A stretch of DNA of 32,000 bases from an uncultured archaeon (GTDB taxonomy: Archaea; Iainarchaeota; Iainarchaeia; Iainarchaeales; CSSED10-239). Of this stretch, positions 1 to 8,418 are shown piece after piece. The notes below the pieces were generated by a model. The model ran no database searches and was not told the DNA's origin. It saw only the letters and a list, made by a program, of their open reading frames with translations. Within the stretch, counting starts at the first letter, position 1; every line of letters starts with the position of its first letter. Both the position numbers and the translations under genes were made by a program. Where the stretch lies: assembly GCA_964586355.1 (NCBI GenBank), contig CAZPGO010000043.1:1-32000 (forward strand). Reading direction: 5' to 3'.

Positions 1-223
1 CTTGATTTTGAATACCATCAGAACAAGTTGCAGGAATATTTTCTTCTTCCCCAAATTCTCCCTGTTCTTCTAGTTTATTTAGATTATCATCTAGTCTTCC
101 TGCTTCTTCTTTATATCTATTAGCACTAGAAAAATAATAGATTCCTAAGAAAACTGCTCCAATTACTAATATTGCTAAAATAATGGTTACTTCAATTGAT
201 ACTTGTGCTTTTTTATTTATCAT
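1..223 (-). CDS. Class III (type IV pilin-like) signal-peptide protein; 3' end lies outside the window
   Basis: Own translation from ATG at 221-223: MINKKAQVSIEVTIILAILVIGAVFLGIYYFSSANRYKEE... A short basic N-region, KKAQ-VSIE and then about 20 hydrophobic residues match the archaeal prepilin/class III signal pattern. A purine-rich GGAAA lies about 9 nt upstream. It is absent from the ORF track because no stop lies in the window. Confidence 0.5.
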   Translation of the reverse strand, partial: MINKKAQVSIEVTIILAILVIGAVFLGIYYFSSANRYKEEAGRLDDNLNKLEEQGEFGEEENIPATCSDGIQNQ

Positions 224-294
224 AAATATTTTCCTTTTTTATTTTAAAAAACTAATAAGAATAAGATACCAATCTTTTTAAAATATAACGATTT

Positions 295-1848
295 TTAAAC
301 AATTCTCTCAATTATGTACTCAGCACTAAATTCTTCTAAATTTTCGTATTCTTGTCCAGTTCCTATAAAGAAGATAGGTTTCTTAAACTCATTTAAAATT
401 GAGATAGCTACTCCTCCTTTTGGATCTGTATCTATCTTAGTAAGTATTACACCATCTATTCCAATCTCAAAATCAAATTTTTCTATTTGTTCTGTTATTG
501 CTTGACCTGCTTGTGCTTCTCCAATATACACAATAAGACTTGGATTTACTACTCTTTTTATTTTTTTTAGTTCTTCCATTAAATTATGATTTGTTTCTTG
601 TCTTCCAGCGGTATCTATTAAAACAAAATCTGTTTTGTTAGCTTTTGCTGATAAAACTGCATCATAAGCAACAGCTGCAGGGTCAGACCCATAGTTTTGT
701 TTTACTATTCGCACCCCAATATTACTAGCGTGCTTTTCCAATTGATCTATACTTCCTGCTCTAAAGGTATCGCTTGATGCAAAAACCACAGATTTTTTGT
801 TAGCTTTAAATTTATAAGCTAGTTTTGCAATGGTGGTTGTTTTGCCAACCCCATTTGGTCCTATAAATAGTATTATATATGGTTGATCTTCTTTTTTTTT
901 CAAAAAATAGTTTTCTATATTACAATCAATATTTAGTTCTTCTTTTAGAACTATTTTTATTTGATTTTTTATATCTTCTAAGATGTTTTCTTTAGCAAAA
1001 GAGAAATCTGTTAATTTCTTTTTTAGACCTAAAACTATTGCTTCTGCTGATTTTATAGAAACATCTGCTTCTAACAACGACAATTCAAATTCATCTAAGA
1101 AATCTGTAATCTCTTTTTCTGAAAGTTTTATTTTACTTGAAAAGATGCCTTTTAATGAGGTAAATAATGATTTTTTTACTTCTTTTTTTTTCTCAATATT
1201 AAGACCGGAATCCAGAGTTTGTTCTTGTGCTGATTTTTGATCTTTTTTAAAATGATCTAAAGTTTCTGTGTCTTCTAAGACTTCTTTAATATCTTCTAAT
1301 TTTTTTGATTGTTGATTTATTCTAGAAAGATCTAAAGATTCTTTTTTTTCATTAAACGCAGAAACTTTTTTTTCTTCAAGATCTTTTTTCTTAAAGAGCT
1401 CTTCTTTTTTCTTATTTTCTATTTTTGAATTTATTGATTGCTCTAAGGATTTAAAAGACTTAACCTCATCAACAGAATCTGGTTTACTATCTACCGGTTT
1501 TAGATCTTCTTTAGATTCTGTAAAAATAGAATCAGTCTGTTCAGGAATGTTTTTTGAAATTTTTTCTAAAATAGTATCATTAGTTTTAGGATCTTTAAAA
1601 TCTTTTTTTAAAAGATCTCCTTCTAAAGTTAAAGAGTCTTTTTTTGCTTCTATTTTACTGGTAGGTTCAAGATTCTCACCAGTAGGCTTATCTAAAAGCT
1701 CTTTTTCTTTTTCAATAGGTTTTTTATCTAAATTTTCACTCGGTTTATCTAAGATCTCTTCTTGAGTTTCTTTTTCTTTTGCTTTTCCTAAGACCTTATT
1801 AGTAAATGACTTTATTTTGTTCTTTAATAGATCAAACAAACTAAACAC
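295..1848 (-). CDS. ftsY: Signal recognition particle receptor FtsY
   Basis: The C-terminal NG domain has GPNGVGKTTTIAKLA (G1), DTAGR (G3) and TKIDTD (G4). The N-terminus MFSLFDLLKNKIKSF is typical of archaeal FtsY. The start codon is GTG (1846-1848). A long K/E/D-rich A-domain precedes the NG domain. The position next to pfdA matches the conserved archaeal cluster. Confidence 0.93.
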   Translation of the reverse strand: MFSLFDLLKNKIKSFTNKVLGKAKEKETQEEILDKPSENLDKKPIEKEKELLDKPTGENLEPTSKIEAKKDSLTLEGDLLKKDFKDPKTNDTILEKISKNIPEQTDSIFTESKEDLKPVDSKPDSVDEVKSFKSLEQSINSKIENKKKEELFKKKDLEEKKVSAFNEKKESLDLSRINQQSKKLEDIKEVLEDTETLDHFKKDQKSAQEQTLDSGLNIEKKKEVKKSLFTSLKGIFSSKIKLSEKEITDFLDEFELSLLEADVSIKSAEAIVLGLKKKLTDFSFAKENILEDIKNQIKIVLKEELNIDCNIENYFLKKKEDQPYIILFIGPNGVGKTTTIAKLAYKFKANKKSVVFASSDTFRAGSIDQLEKHASNIGVRIVKQNYGSDPAAVAYDAVLSAKANKTDFVLIDTAGRQETNHNLMEELKKIKRVVNPSLIVYIGEAQAGQAITEQIEKFDFEIGIDGVILTKIDTDPKGGVAISILNEFKKPIFFIGTGQEYENLEEFSAEYIIERIV

Positions 1849-1865
1849 ACCGTTTTTTTTTAAAA

Positions 1866-2336
1866 TTAGTTAACTATTTTTTGATCGGCAGCATTATTTT
1901 TCATAACCATCATTTGATGTAATACTTTTGAGATCTGATTTAGTGTTTGTGTGGTGTTATTATATGCAGCAACCAATTTCTGCTTAGCCTCTGATAATTC
2001 TTTTTTTCTGTTATTTATATCTTCTTTAATTTCTGGTATTGTTTTTTCAGCAAAAATATTTCCAGGAAGCATAAGTTTTAGTTTATCGTTTTTACTTACT
2101 ACACATTCAACCATTATTCCTCCACCTATTGGTAAAAGAATTTCTTTTTTTGAATCTATTTTTTCTATTTCTGATATTGTTTGTTCTGCTTTATTAAGTT
2201 CTGAATAAATATTATCTATTTGTTCTAATCTTTTTGAAAGATTTTCTAATTCTTTTTCTTTATTTTGATATAAAGCTATAGTTTGATTTTTATTTAATTT
2301 TACTTCTTTTTTATTATTTTCTATTGTTTTTGTCAT
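1866..2336 (-). CDS. pfdA: Prefoldin alpha subunit
   Basis: The 156-aa protein has coiled-coil, beta-hairpin core (LLPIGGGIMVECVV) and coiled-coil architecture. It sits between aIF6 and FtsY as in the conserved archaeal cluster. ATG start with AGGTAA upstream. Confidence 0.82.
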   Translation of the reverse strand: MTKTIENNKKEVKLNKNQTIALYQNKEKELENLSKRLEQIDNIYSELNKAEQTISEIEKIDSKKEILLPIGGGIMVECVVSKNDKLKLMLPGNIFAEKTIPEIKEDINNRKKELSEAKQKLVAAYNNTTQTLNQISKVLHQMMVMKNNAADQKIVN

Positions 2337-2351
2337 ATTTATTACCTTTTT

Positions 2352-3020
2352 TTATTTTAGATCAACAACCAGCTCATCAACTTTTACCATTTCTATATTA
2401 CTTGTTGTTTGACCAACTAATAGTGCTTTAGAGTTGCCAATACAATCATTTCCTACAAACACATCTCCGTAGTTAAGTGTAATTGGTATTCCTTTTACAC
2501 CAAATTTTTGTTTAATGTAATCATATTCTTTTTTTTTAATATTTGGATTTACTAAAAACAAAGAATCATTAACATAAATTGCACTGCCAGGAACATCAAC
2601 ATCAACACAGGCCTTTTTTTCTATTTCTATTTTTAAAAATTTATTAATTTCTTGTATTGTTTTGTCTTTTAATAATTCACTTGCAAAACCATAGTTTTTA
2701 TTTACTGAAATTAAGTTTCCTAAGGCATTATAGTCATTTACAAACTTTAATTTTATACCTTCTTTTTCTAAAACATTTATTTCTTTTTCTGATATACTGT
2801 TTTTATCAACAACAATTTTATTACCAACACCAACTAAATATACTCCTAATAACGGACTACTGTTTATTTGTGTTTTAATGATTTTTACATCTAGTTGCTT
2901 TTTTATAAAATCTTCTTCCTTTTTTAGAATGTTATTAGATACTATACAAAAATCTTCTGTGGCGTAGGAATAAACATTCAAAAAAGGGGAATTGCAAATT
3001 GTTGTTCTATTTAATTTCAT
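2352..3020 (-). CDS. eif6: Translation initiation factor 6 (aIF6)
   Basis: The 222-aa length and repeated subdomain pattern fit aIF6, with motifs ALGNLISVN, VPGSAIYVND and IGNSKALLVGQTTSNIEM. It lies downstream of L31e. GTGAT SD upstream of the ATG. Confidence 0.85.
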   Translation of the reverse strand: MKLNRTTICNSPFLNVYSYATEDFCIVSNNILKKEEDFIKKQLDVKIIKTQINSSPLLGVYLVGVGNKIVVDKNSISEKEINVLEKEGIKLKFVNDYNALGNLISVNKNYGFASELLKDKTIQEINKFLKIEIEKKACVDVDVPGSAIYVNDSLFLVNPNIKKKEYDYIKQKFGVKGIPITLNYGDVFVGNDCIGNSKALLVGQTTSNIEMVKVDELVVDLK

Positions 3021-3039
3021 TTATATCACAAAAACTAAT

Positions 3040-3561
3040 TTATTCGTTTTTTATAGAATCTTTTGGCTCTAATTTTTCTTCTTTGATGATCTCTGTTTTT
3101 TTTACTTCTACATTTTCTTTAGAAGTTTCTTTTTCTATCTTGTCTTTTACAGATTCTTTCTCTACTTTTTTTGTAGATTTATCTGTTTTCTCTTTACTTG
3201 CTTCTGTTTTTTTGTCTTTTCCTGCTTCTTTTTCTAATTTTTCTTTTTTTACTGCATCTTTACCTTTTTTTACTTCTTTTTCTGCAGAAAATTTCTTTGA
3301 GTTTTCTGAATCTTTTAAAAAAACATAATATTTCTCATCTTTTTTCTTAAGAGTTACTGCTACTTTTCTTGGAGGATTTTGTATACTGTTTTTCCAAATA
3401 AAGTTGTTTACTTCTTCTGTAATAATAATATCTTTTTTTTCTTTTCTGGTATGTTTATTCAAAAAATCAAAGATCATTCTTACAGAATAGTTTGCTCTTT
3501 TTGTTCTTGGCTTATCATCATAAGCTTTTGTTAATGGTATAACATAATTATCGCTTGGCAT
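3040..3561 (-). CDS. rpl31e: Ribosomal protein L31e with long K/E-rich C-terminal extension
   Basis: The N-terminal ~90 aa (RTKRANYSVRMIFDFLNKHTR...NNFIWKNSIQNPPRKVAV) match the L31e pattern. The remaining ~85 aa are lysine/glutamate low complexity. AGAGTGAT SD. Confidence 0.85.
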   Translation of the reverse strand: MPSDNYVIPLTKAYDDKPRTKRANYSVRMIFDFLNKHTRKEKKDIIITEEVNNFIWKNSIQNPPRKVAVTLKKKDEKYYVFLKDSENSKKFSAEKEVKKGKDAVKKEKLEKEAGKDKKTEASKEKTDKSTKKVEKESVKDKIEKETSKENVEVKKTEIIKEEKLEPKDSIKNE

Positions 3562-3575
3562 AACATATCACTCTT

Positions 3576-3875
3576 TCATTTTTTTTTAACAATTGTGGTG
3601 TTTCTTACTTTTTCTGCTGGTCTATATTTTGCAGATTTTGTTCTTTTTCCACTTGTTCTAGATCCTATCTTTTTTTGATCTTGCTCTTTTCTTTCAAGTT
3701 TTAAATATTCTTGACCAAATTCTGTTTGTTTCCAATTTCTTTTTTGTCTTTTATTCCAAATTCTTTTACCAGCTTTTTGAATAATCCAAACAGGGGTGTT
3801 AAGATATCCTGGCCCTACTTTATCTCTTTGAGCTATTAGAAACTCTTTTTTCTTTCTTTCTTTATTTCTTGCCAT
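3576..3875 (-). CDS. rpl39e: Ribosomal protein L39e with C-terminal extension
   Basis: MARNKERKKK...TPVWIIQKAGKRIWNKRQKRNWKQT matches the L39e signature (MARNKP...VPVWV...). I place the start at the ATG at 3873-3875, which is preceded by AGAGGTTGA. The track start at 3887 is a TTG four codons upstream. Confidence 0.8.
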   Translation of the reverse strand: MARNKERKKKEFLIAQRDKVGPGYLNTPVWIIQKAGKRIWNKRQKRNWKQTEFGQEYLKLERKEQDQKKIGSRTSGKRTKSAKYRPAEKVRNTTIVKKK

Positions 3876-3900
3876 GTTATTAATCAACCTCTAAAAGTAT

Positions 3901-4413
3901 TTATTTGTTTTTTTTTGCTGTTTCTTTTATACTTGTTTTTTCTTTAACAGGTTCTTTGATCTTTTCTTCTGTTTTTGTCTTATAAGAATCAAGTCCATTT
4001 TTTAATATCTCTTTACACAAAAGATCTATATATTTTTGACCTTTAGCAGAGATGGTTCTTCCTTTTTTTTCTACTTTTGTAACTAGCTCTAAAGTTTCTA
4101 GATCATGCAGACAATCTCTTATGATCTTTCCACTTGCTTTTTTAAATTTCTCTGGTCTTACTCCTCTGTTTTTCTTACCACCAAAATAGGTTCTAAGCTT
4201 TTCAACAGTTACAAAACCATTAACATAAGATTTTCTTAAAATAGCAGCCATTCTCACATACCACCAATCAGGATCATGTGGAGCTCTTTCTCTTGAACAG
4301 CCTGTTTTTACATACATTGCATATTCAGGAATTTTTACTTTTTTATTGTTCTTTAAATCGTTTGCGATTTCTTTTATTAAAATATTTGCTGGTACATCGT
4401 GTACATTTGTCAA
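3901..4413 (-). CDS. rps19e: Ribosomal protein S19e
   Basis: VHDVPANILIKEIANDLK, PEYAMYVKTG, ERAPHDPDWWYVRMAAILRK and GGKKNRGVRPEKFKKASGKIIRDCLHDLE are S19e hallmarks. The start is TTG (4411-4413), supported by GAGGTGA 7 nt upstream. A short K/E tail is present. Confidence 0.9.
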   Translation of the reverse strand: MTNVHDVPANILIKEIANDLKNNKKVKIPEYAMYVKTGCSRERAPHDPDWWYVRMAAILRKSYVNGFVTVEKLRTYFGGKKNRGVRPEKFKKASGKIIRDCLHDLETLELVTKVEKKGRTISAKGQKYIDLLCKEILKNGLDSYKTKTEEKIKEPVKEKTSIKETAKKNK

Positions 4414-4651
4414 AATTATTCACCTCTAGGTTAAAAGTATGTTTTTAAAAAAAGCATATTCTTTTTTTTGTTGCTTTTTTACTTATAAAATTAATTTTCT
4501 TATTTTAATTCTTTAATCTAAAGCAACTCTCAAAAATTTAAATTATTGAATTAAAACTATATATAATATATTGTAGAGTTTTATTTAAATATGTTTGCTT
4601 AATTTCAAAAAAAACCAAAAAACAGAAGATTATATGAAAAAACTCTCTTTT

Positions 4652-4972
4652 CTAGGAATTTTGTTTTGTTAGGTTTATTTTTTTGATTTTACCACATTCT
4701 TTACAATGTAAGGTCAAATATTTCTGTAGGGCTCCATTTTTCTTGTGCCTAATTACCCTTATCTTTGTGCTTTCTAAATTTCTTAAAGAAAAACAGTGCT
4801 TACAAAACAGAATATGTGCTTTTTTTGGTAGGCGATAGTTGATTTTTTTAGATAGATCTAAAATTAACATTATGTATTCTTTTATATAGGGATTATCTTC
4901 TTTGGATTGCTCTTTTACAAAGGATAATAAAACATCTATCTTTTCTTTTATTTTTTTAGAATCTTTACGCAT
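4652..4972 (-). CDS. rnp4: RNase P protein component 4 (Rpp21/Rpr2 family zinc ribbon)
   Basis: CKHCFSL...RVIRHKK...LHCKECG is a four-Cys zinc ribbon, and the helical N-terminal half is typical of Rpr2/Rpp21. The start is set at ATG 4970-4972 because the first 20 codons of the track ORF overlap the tRNA-Gly gene. Confidence 0.68.
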   Translation of the reverse strand: MRKDSKKIKEKIDVLLSFVKEQSKEDNPYIKEYIMLILDLSKKINYRLPKKAHILFCKHCFSLRNLESTKIRVIRHKKNGALQKYLTLHCKECGKIKKINLTKQNS

Positions 4973-4991
4973 AAATAGTCTATAATTCCCA

Positions 4992-5063
4992 TGCACTCGC
5001 CGGGTTTCGAACCCGGGTCGAAAGATTGGCAATCTTCCATACTAACCACTATACTACGAGTGC
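4992..5063 (-). tRNA. tRNA-Gly (anticodon GCC)
   Basis: Reverse complement GCACTCGTAGTATAGTGGTTAGTATGGAAGATTGCCAATCTTTCGACCCGGGTTCGAAACCCGGCGAGTGCA folds into a cloverleaf. It has a 7-bp acceptor stem, a GG in the D-loop, anticodon loop TTGCCAA, T-arm CCGGG/TTCGAAA/CCCGG and discriminator A. No CCA is encoded and there is no intron. Confidence 0.9.
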
Positions 5064-5116
5064 ATTTTTTTATTTACTATAATATTTATTATATAAAATC
5101 TTTATAAATAAAATGG

Positions 5117-6928
5117 TTAATAAGGTTTTACTTTTTTAAGACCAGTTACTAGATAACCTACAATTCCTAATACTAAAAAAATTAAGAAAACAAACAAAAT
5201 ATTTTTATTGAACTTTGTTGGTTCAGTAATTTTATATTCTTCAGAGTCTTTCCAAAATTCTATGTTTTCATCATTTACCACGTCACTATTAACATTTTGA
5301 TTTGTAATATTCTGATCTACTTCTTCTTTTATTATTTTATCAGGATAGATTGTTATTAATTTACTATACTCAAAATCTCCTGTTGCCAAAAAACTTATTG
5401 AACTTTTATTTCTATCAATAAGTTCTATTTCCTCTTTATATGTTTTACTTTCATTTGGAGCAATTACGATCTTTTTTTCAAAAACATTACCATTATAGTC
5501 ATATTTAAAATCAATTTGTTTTTCTAGATCTGTTTTGTTTATTAGCTCTGTTTCCATTATTATTTTATTGTTTGCAAAATAAAAAATAGGGTCTGTCACA
5601 AAAAAAATGTCTTGATAAAAAAAATTGGAGTTAGATACTGTGATTTGCAGTTCAAAATCATTTATTTGTGAAGATAATCTAAAAGGATATATATAACCAT
5701 GACTGTTTTCTGGAATTGTTGGAGCAATAAAATAAAAATTTATTTCCTTGGATTCAAATTCATCAAAATAAACAATTTGTTTTGGAGAGTTGGGATAAAG
5801 TAGTTTAAAGTCTTCATGATGTTCTAAATTAAAAAGTATTGCTAATGGTTTTACTGTTGTGTTTTTTAAAGTAAATTTAATATTAATACCTGATTCGGAA
5901 TTTATTTTATCATAATACTCTGGAATTATTGAAATTACATTTGCATAGCCTAACTCTGTAAAATTTTTTTTATCATTTATTCTATAGATTTCATTTCTCT
6001 CATTAAAAACTACATAAACAGAATTAGAGGCAGTAATTATGTCTTGCGATTCTGAAGGATCTGATACTTTGGATATTATTATATGACTAGAATCTACTAG
6101 GCCAACTTCATTATATGTAGGGTCAATTGGAATCCATCCTTGGTTTGGCACATATACTTCTAACCAAGCATGATTTTCCCAATAATAACTAGTGTTAGCA
6201 ATTCCAGTAACATATTTTACTGGAAACCCTTGCGCTCTTAATAACGCTCCTAAGAATATAGAAAATTCATCACAAACACCTTTTCTTTCTGATAAAACTT
6301 TTATTGAATCTTCAACACTATCTGCATAAATAAGATCGTATTCTAAATATTGATGAACCCAGTTTGTAAGATAGGTTATTTGTTCTAAAGCATTATCTGA
6401 ATATTTTAAGGTGTTTGCAAGAGTTATAATTTCTAAATTATCTGATTTTATATATTTTGTAGATTTTCTATATTCTTCAAATTCTGTTATTTTGTTTTTT
6501 AGATCAAATACTTCATTACTAAATACTATTTTGTTTTCTGAAATAATATTTCCTTCTAAATAAAAAACATATTGGAATTTAGTTATTGGTCTAATATTAA
6601 AAACAGCTATTTTGTTTCCAAATTGGTCTTCTGAAATATCTGCAAATATTTTTTCATTATCTTCTAAATAATAAGCTTCAACATTTACTTTTTGTGTTTT
6701 TTGATTGTCTGAAAAAATGGGTGTTTTAAATATAAAGTTATCTCCTTCGTTATATTCTGTAATAGTTATAGGGATTTCTATTAAAAAATTAACATCAATA
6801 TATTTACTTTTGATTGCTGAAAAGTCTAATGCTTCTTCACTTATAGATATTTCGATTTCCTGAGAATAGGATGTAGGAAATATAAATAAAAAAAATATTA
6901 AAAAAATTATTATTTTTGATTTAAACAT
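5117..6928 (-). CDS. Secreted, C-terminally membrane-anchored transglutaminase-like (papain-fold) protein
   Basis: N-terminal signal peptide MFKSKIIIFLIFFLFIFPTSYS. The transglutaminase core triad context is GVCDEFSIFLGALLRAQGFPVKYVTG (Cys), HAWLEVYV (His) and GWIPIDPT (Asp). The C-terminal TM helix is ILFVFLIFLVLGIVGYLV. Confidence 0.8.
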   Translation of the reverse strand: MFKSKIIIFLIFFLFIFPTSYSQEIEISISEEALDFSAIKSKYIDVNFLIEIPITITEYNEGDNFIFKTPIFSDNQKTQKVNVEAYYLEDNEKIFADISEDQFGNKIAVFNIRPITKFQYVFYLEGNIISENKIVFSNEVFDLKNKITEFEEYRKSTKYIKSDNLEIITLANTLKYSDNALEQITYLTNWVHQYLEYDLIYADSVEDSIKVLSERKGVCDEFSIFLGALLRAQGFPVKYVTGIANTSYYWENHAWLEVYVPNQGWIPIDPTYNEVGLVDSSHIIISKVSDPSESQDIITASNSVYVVFNERNEIYRINDKKNFTELGYANVISIIPEYYDKINSESGINIKFTLKNTTVKPLAILFNLEHHEDFKLLYPNSPKQIVYFDEFESKEINFYFIAPTIPENSHGYIYPFRLSSQINDFELQITVSNSNFFYQDIFFVTDPIFYFANNKIIMETELINKTDLEKQIDFKYDYNGNVFEKKIVIAPNESKTYKEEIELIDRNKSSISFLATGDFEYSKLITIYPDKIIKEEVDQNITNQNVNSDVVNDENIEFWKDSEEYKITEPTKFNKNILFVFLIFLVLGIVGYLVTGLKKVKPY

Positions 6929-7030
6929 AGTCGAATCTAAATTTATTAAGTTTATCTATAAGAATAAAAGATAATAATGTTTTATAAAATATATGTCTTA
7001 TATCTTATTTAGAAAAATTGGTGAAAACAT

Positions 7031-7771
7031 ATGAAATTTAGTAAAACAGAGATAACTTTGTATATTTTAACTTTTTTAGTATTAATTATTGGAATTTTTT
7101 TATTGCCTAATCTTCCAGATAAAATGGCAACTCACTGGAATCAGTTTGGGGTTGCTGATGGTTTTTCTTCTAAGATTATTGGTGTTTTAATTATGCCTAT
7201 TTCTTTTTTGGTTTTGGCTTTTATTTATTCTTTAGTATCTAGGACAAGATACATAAAAGAAGACAAAGATTTGAAAAAACCATTAGACAAACTAATAATT
7301 GCAGCAGCAGTTTTTTTAGTGTTAATTTCGGTTTTGTCTTTTTTATGGAATATTGGTTATAACTTTAATATGTCTTATTTTATAATTCCTCCAACTGGTC
7401 TTCTTTTCTTTTTAATGGGCTACTTAATTATTGATGTTAAACAGAATTATTTTTTTGGCATAAGAAATCTTTGGAGTTTAAAAAATAAAAAAGTCTGGAA
7501 AAATACTCATTATATTTCAGGAATATTGTTTATGATTTTAAGTATAGTTATGCTTTTTAGTATTTTTTTTATCAACTATGCTTTTTATACTTTACTTAGT
7601 GGAGTTCTCTTATTAGTTCTTTTCTCTTTTATTTATTCTTACATAGTTTTTATTAATGAGAAAAAATATAAACAAATCTCTCTAAAAACAGTACTAAAAA
7701 CAAAGTCGTTCTTTTTTTATTTTTTTATAATCAGTATAATAATATTTTTAATATTATTAATAATAAAATAA
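7031..7771 (+). CDS. Polytopic membrane protein, DUF1648/SdpI-like
   Basis: The N-terminal TM helix followed by PDKMATHWNQFGVADGFSSK resembles the DUF1648 motif (P.HWN..G..D). Several further TM helices resemble the SdpI family. GGTGA SD 6 nt upstream of the ATG. Confidence 0.55.
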   Translation: MKFSKTEITLYILTFLVLIIGIFLLPNLPDKMATHWNQFGVADGFSSKIIGVLIMPISFLVLAFIYSLVSRTRYIKEDKDLKKPLDKLIIAAAVFLVLISVLSFLWNIGYNFNMSYFIIPPTGLLFFLMGYLIIDVKQNYFFGIRNLWSLKNKKVWKNTHYISGILFMILSIVMLFSIFFINYAFYTLLSGVLLLVLFSFIYSYIVFINEKKYKQISLKTVLKTKSFFFYFFIISIIIFLILLIIK

Positions 7772-7774
7772 GAG

Positions 7775-7847
7775 TGGATCTGAGCGGAATCGAACCGCCG
7801 ATATTCACCTTGTAAGGGTGACGTCATAACCGCTAGACCACAGATCC
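7775..7847 (-). tRNA. tRNA-Val (anticodon UAC)
   Basis: Reverse complement GGATCTGTGGTCTAGCGGTTATGACGTCACCCTTACAAGGTGAATATCGGCGGTTCGATTCCGCTCAGATCCA. It has a perfect 7-bp acceptor stem, anticodon stem TCACC/GGTGA with loop CTTACAA, T-arm GGCGG/TTCGATT/CCGCT and discriminator A. Confidence 0.9.
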
Positions 7848-8005
7848 TTTTTTTGTTTAGTATTTTTAATATTGATTATATATATAAAAATAAATATAAA
7901 GCTTTCTTATTTTTTTTTAGAATCTGTGGTTTTTCTAAAAAAGAAAATATTTATATATCTAACATTCTTTTAATTATATAAATATTAAATAAAGGATGTG
8001 AAAAA

Positions 8006-8413
8006 ATGTATAAATTAAATTATCAAAAACTTATTGGGGCTTTTGTAATTTCTTTATCAATTATTTTGTTATTGTTATCGGTTTCTGAAATTTTTAATAA
8101 AGTGGATTATCTATCAGAATATAAATTATGTATTGAAGTTTCTGATTACTCTGCTGAAATGATAACAGAATGTAAAGCAAATGCATCAAGTGGTTTAGGT
8201 TTTACAATTAGATCTAACCAGATTGATTTAACAACTACTCAGTATTTACAAGTTTATCTTTCTGGTCTAATGATGGTATTAATTTCAATAATCTTTTTTA
8301 TAATAGGAAAATACATCTATTTATCTGAAAATAAAAAAGAAGTAGAAAGCAAACCAAAAAAGATTAATAAAAAATCAATACTCAAAAAAACAAAAAAGAA
8401 AAATAAAAAATAG
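8006..8413 (+). CDS. Hypothetical small membrane protein (2 TM helices, lysine-rich tail)
   Basis: ATG preceded by AGGATGTGA. Two hydrophobic helices (GAFVISLSIILLLLSV and GLMMVLISIIFFIIG) are followed by a K-rich C-terminus. I recognise no family. Confidence 0.5.
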   Translation: MYKLNYQKLIGAFVISLSIILLLLSVSEIFNKVDYLSEYKLCIEVSDYSAEMITECKANASSGLGFTIRSNQIDLTTTQYLQVYLSGLMMVLISIIFFIIGKYIYLSENKKEVESKPKKINKKSILKKTKKKNKK

Positions 8414-8418
8414 ATTTT

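Noticed and set aside
1174-1848. Repetitive K/E/D-rich N-terminal ~225 residues of FtsY as a possible separate feature or repeat.
   Set aside because: An acidic, low-complexity A-domain is a normal feature of FtsY. I saw no DNA-level tandem repeat unit.
3876-3887. TTG-initiated four-codon extension of L39e, and likewise the GTG three-codon extension of AsnRS at 21701-21709.
   Set aside because: The downstream ATGs have correctly spaced SD motifs and yield canonical N-termini (MARNK..., MSKYL...).
4973-5032. N-terminal 20 codons of the track ORF for rnp4.
   Set aside because: They read through the tRNA-Gly gene (4992-5063). The internal ATG at 4972 gives a normal-length Rpp21-like protein.
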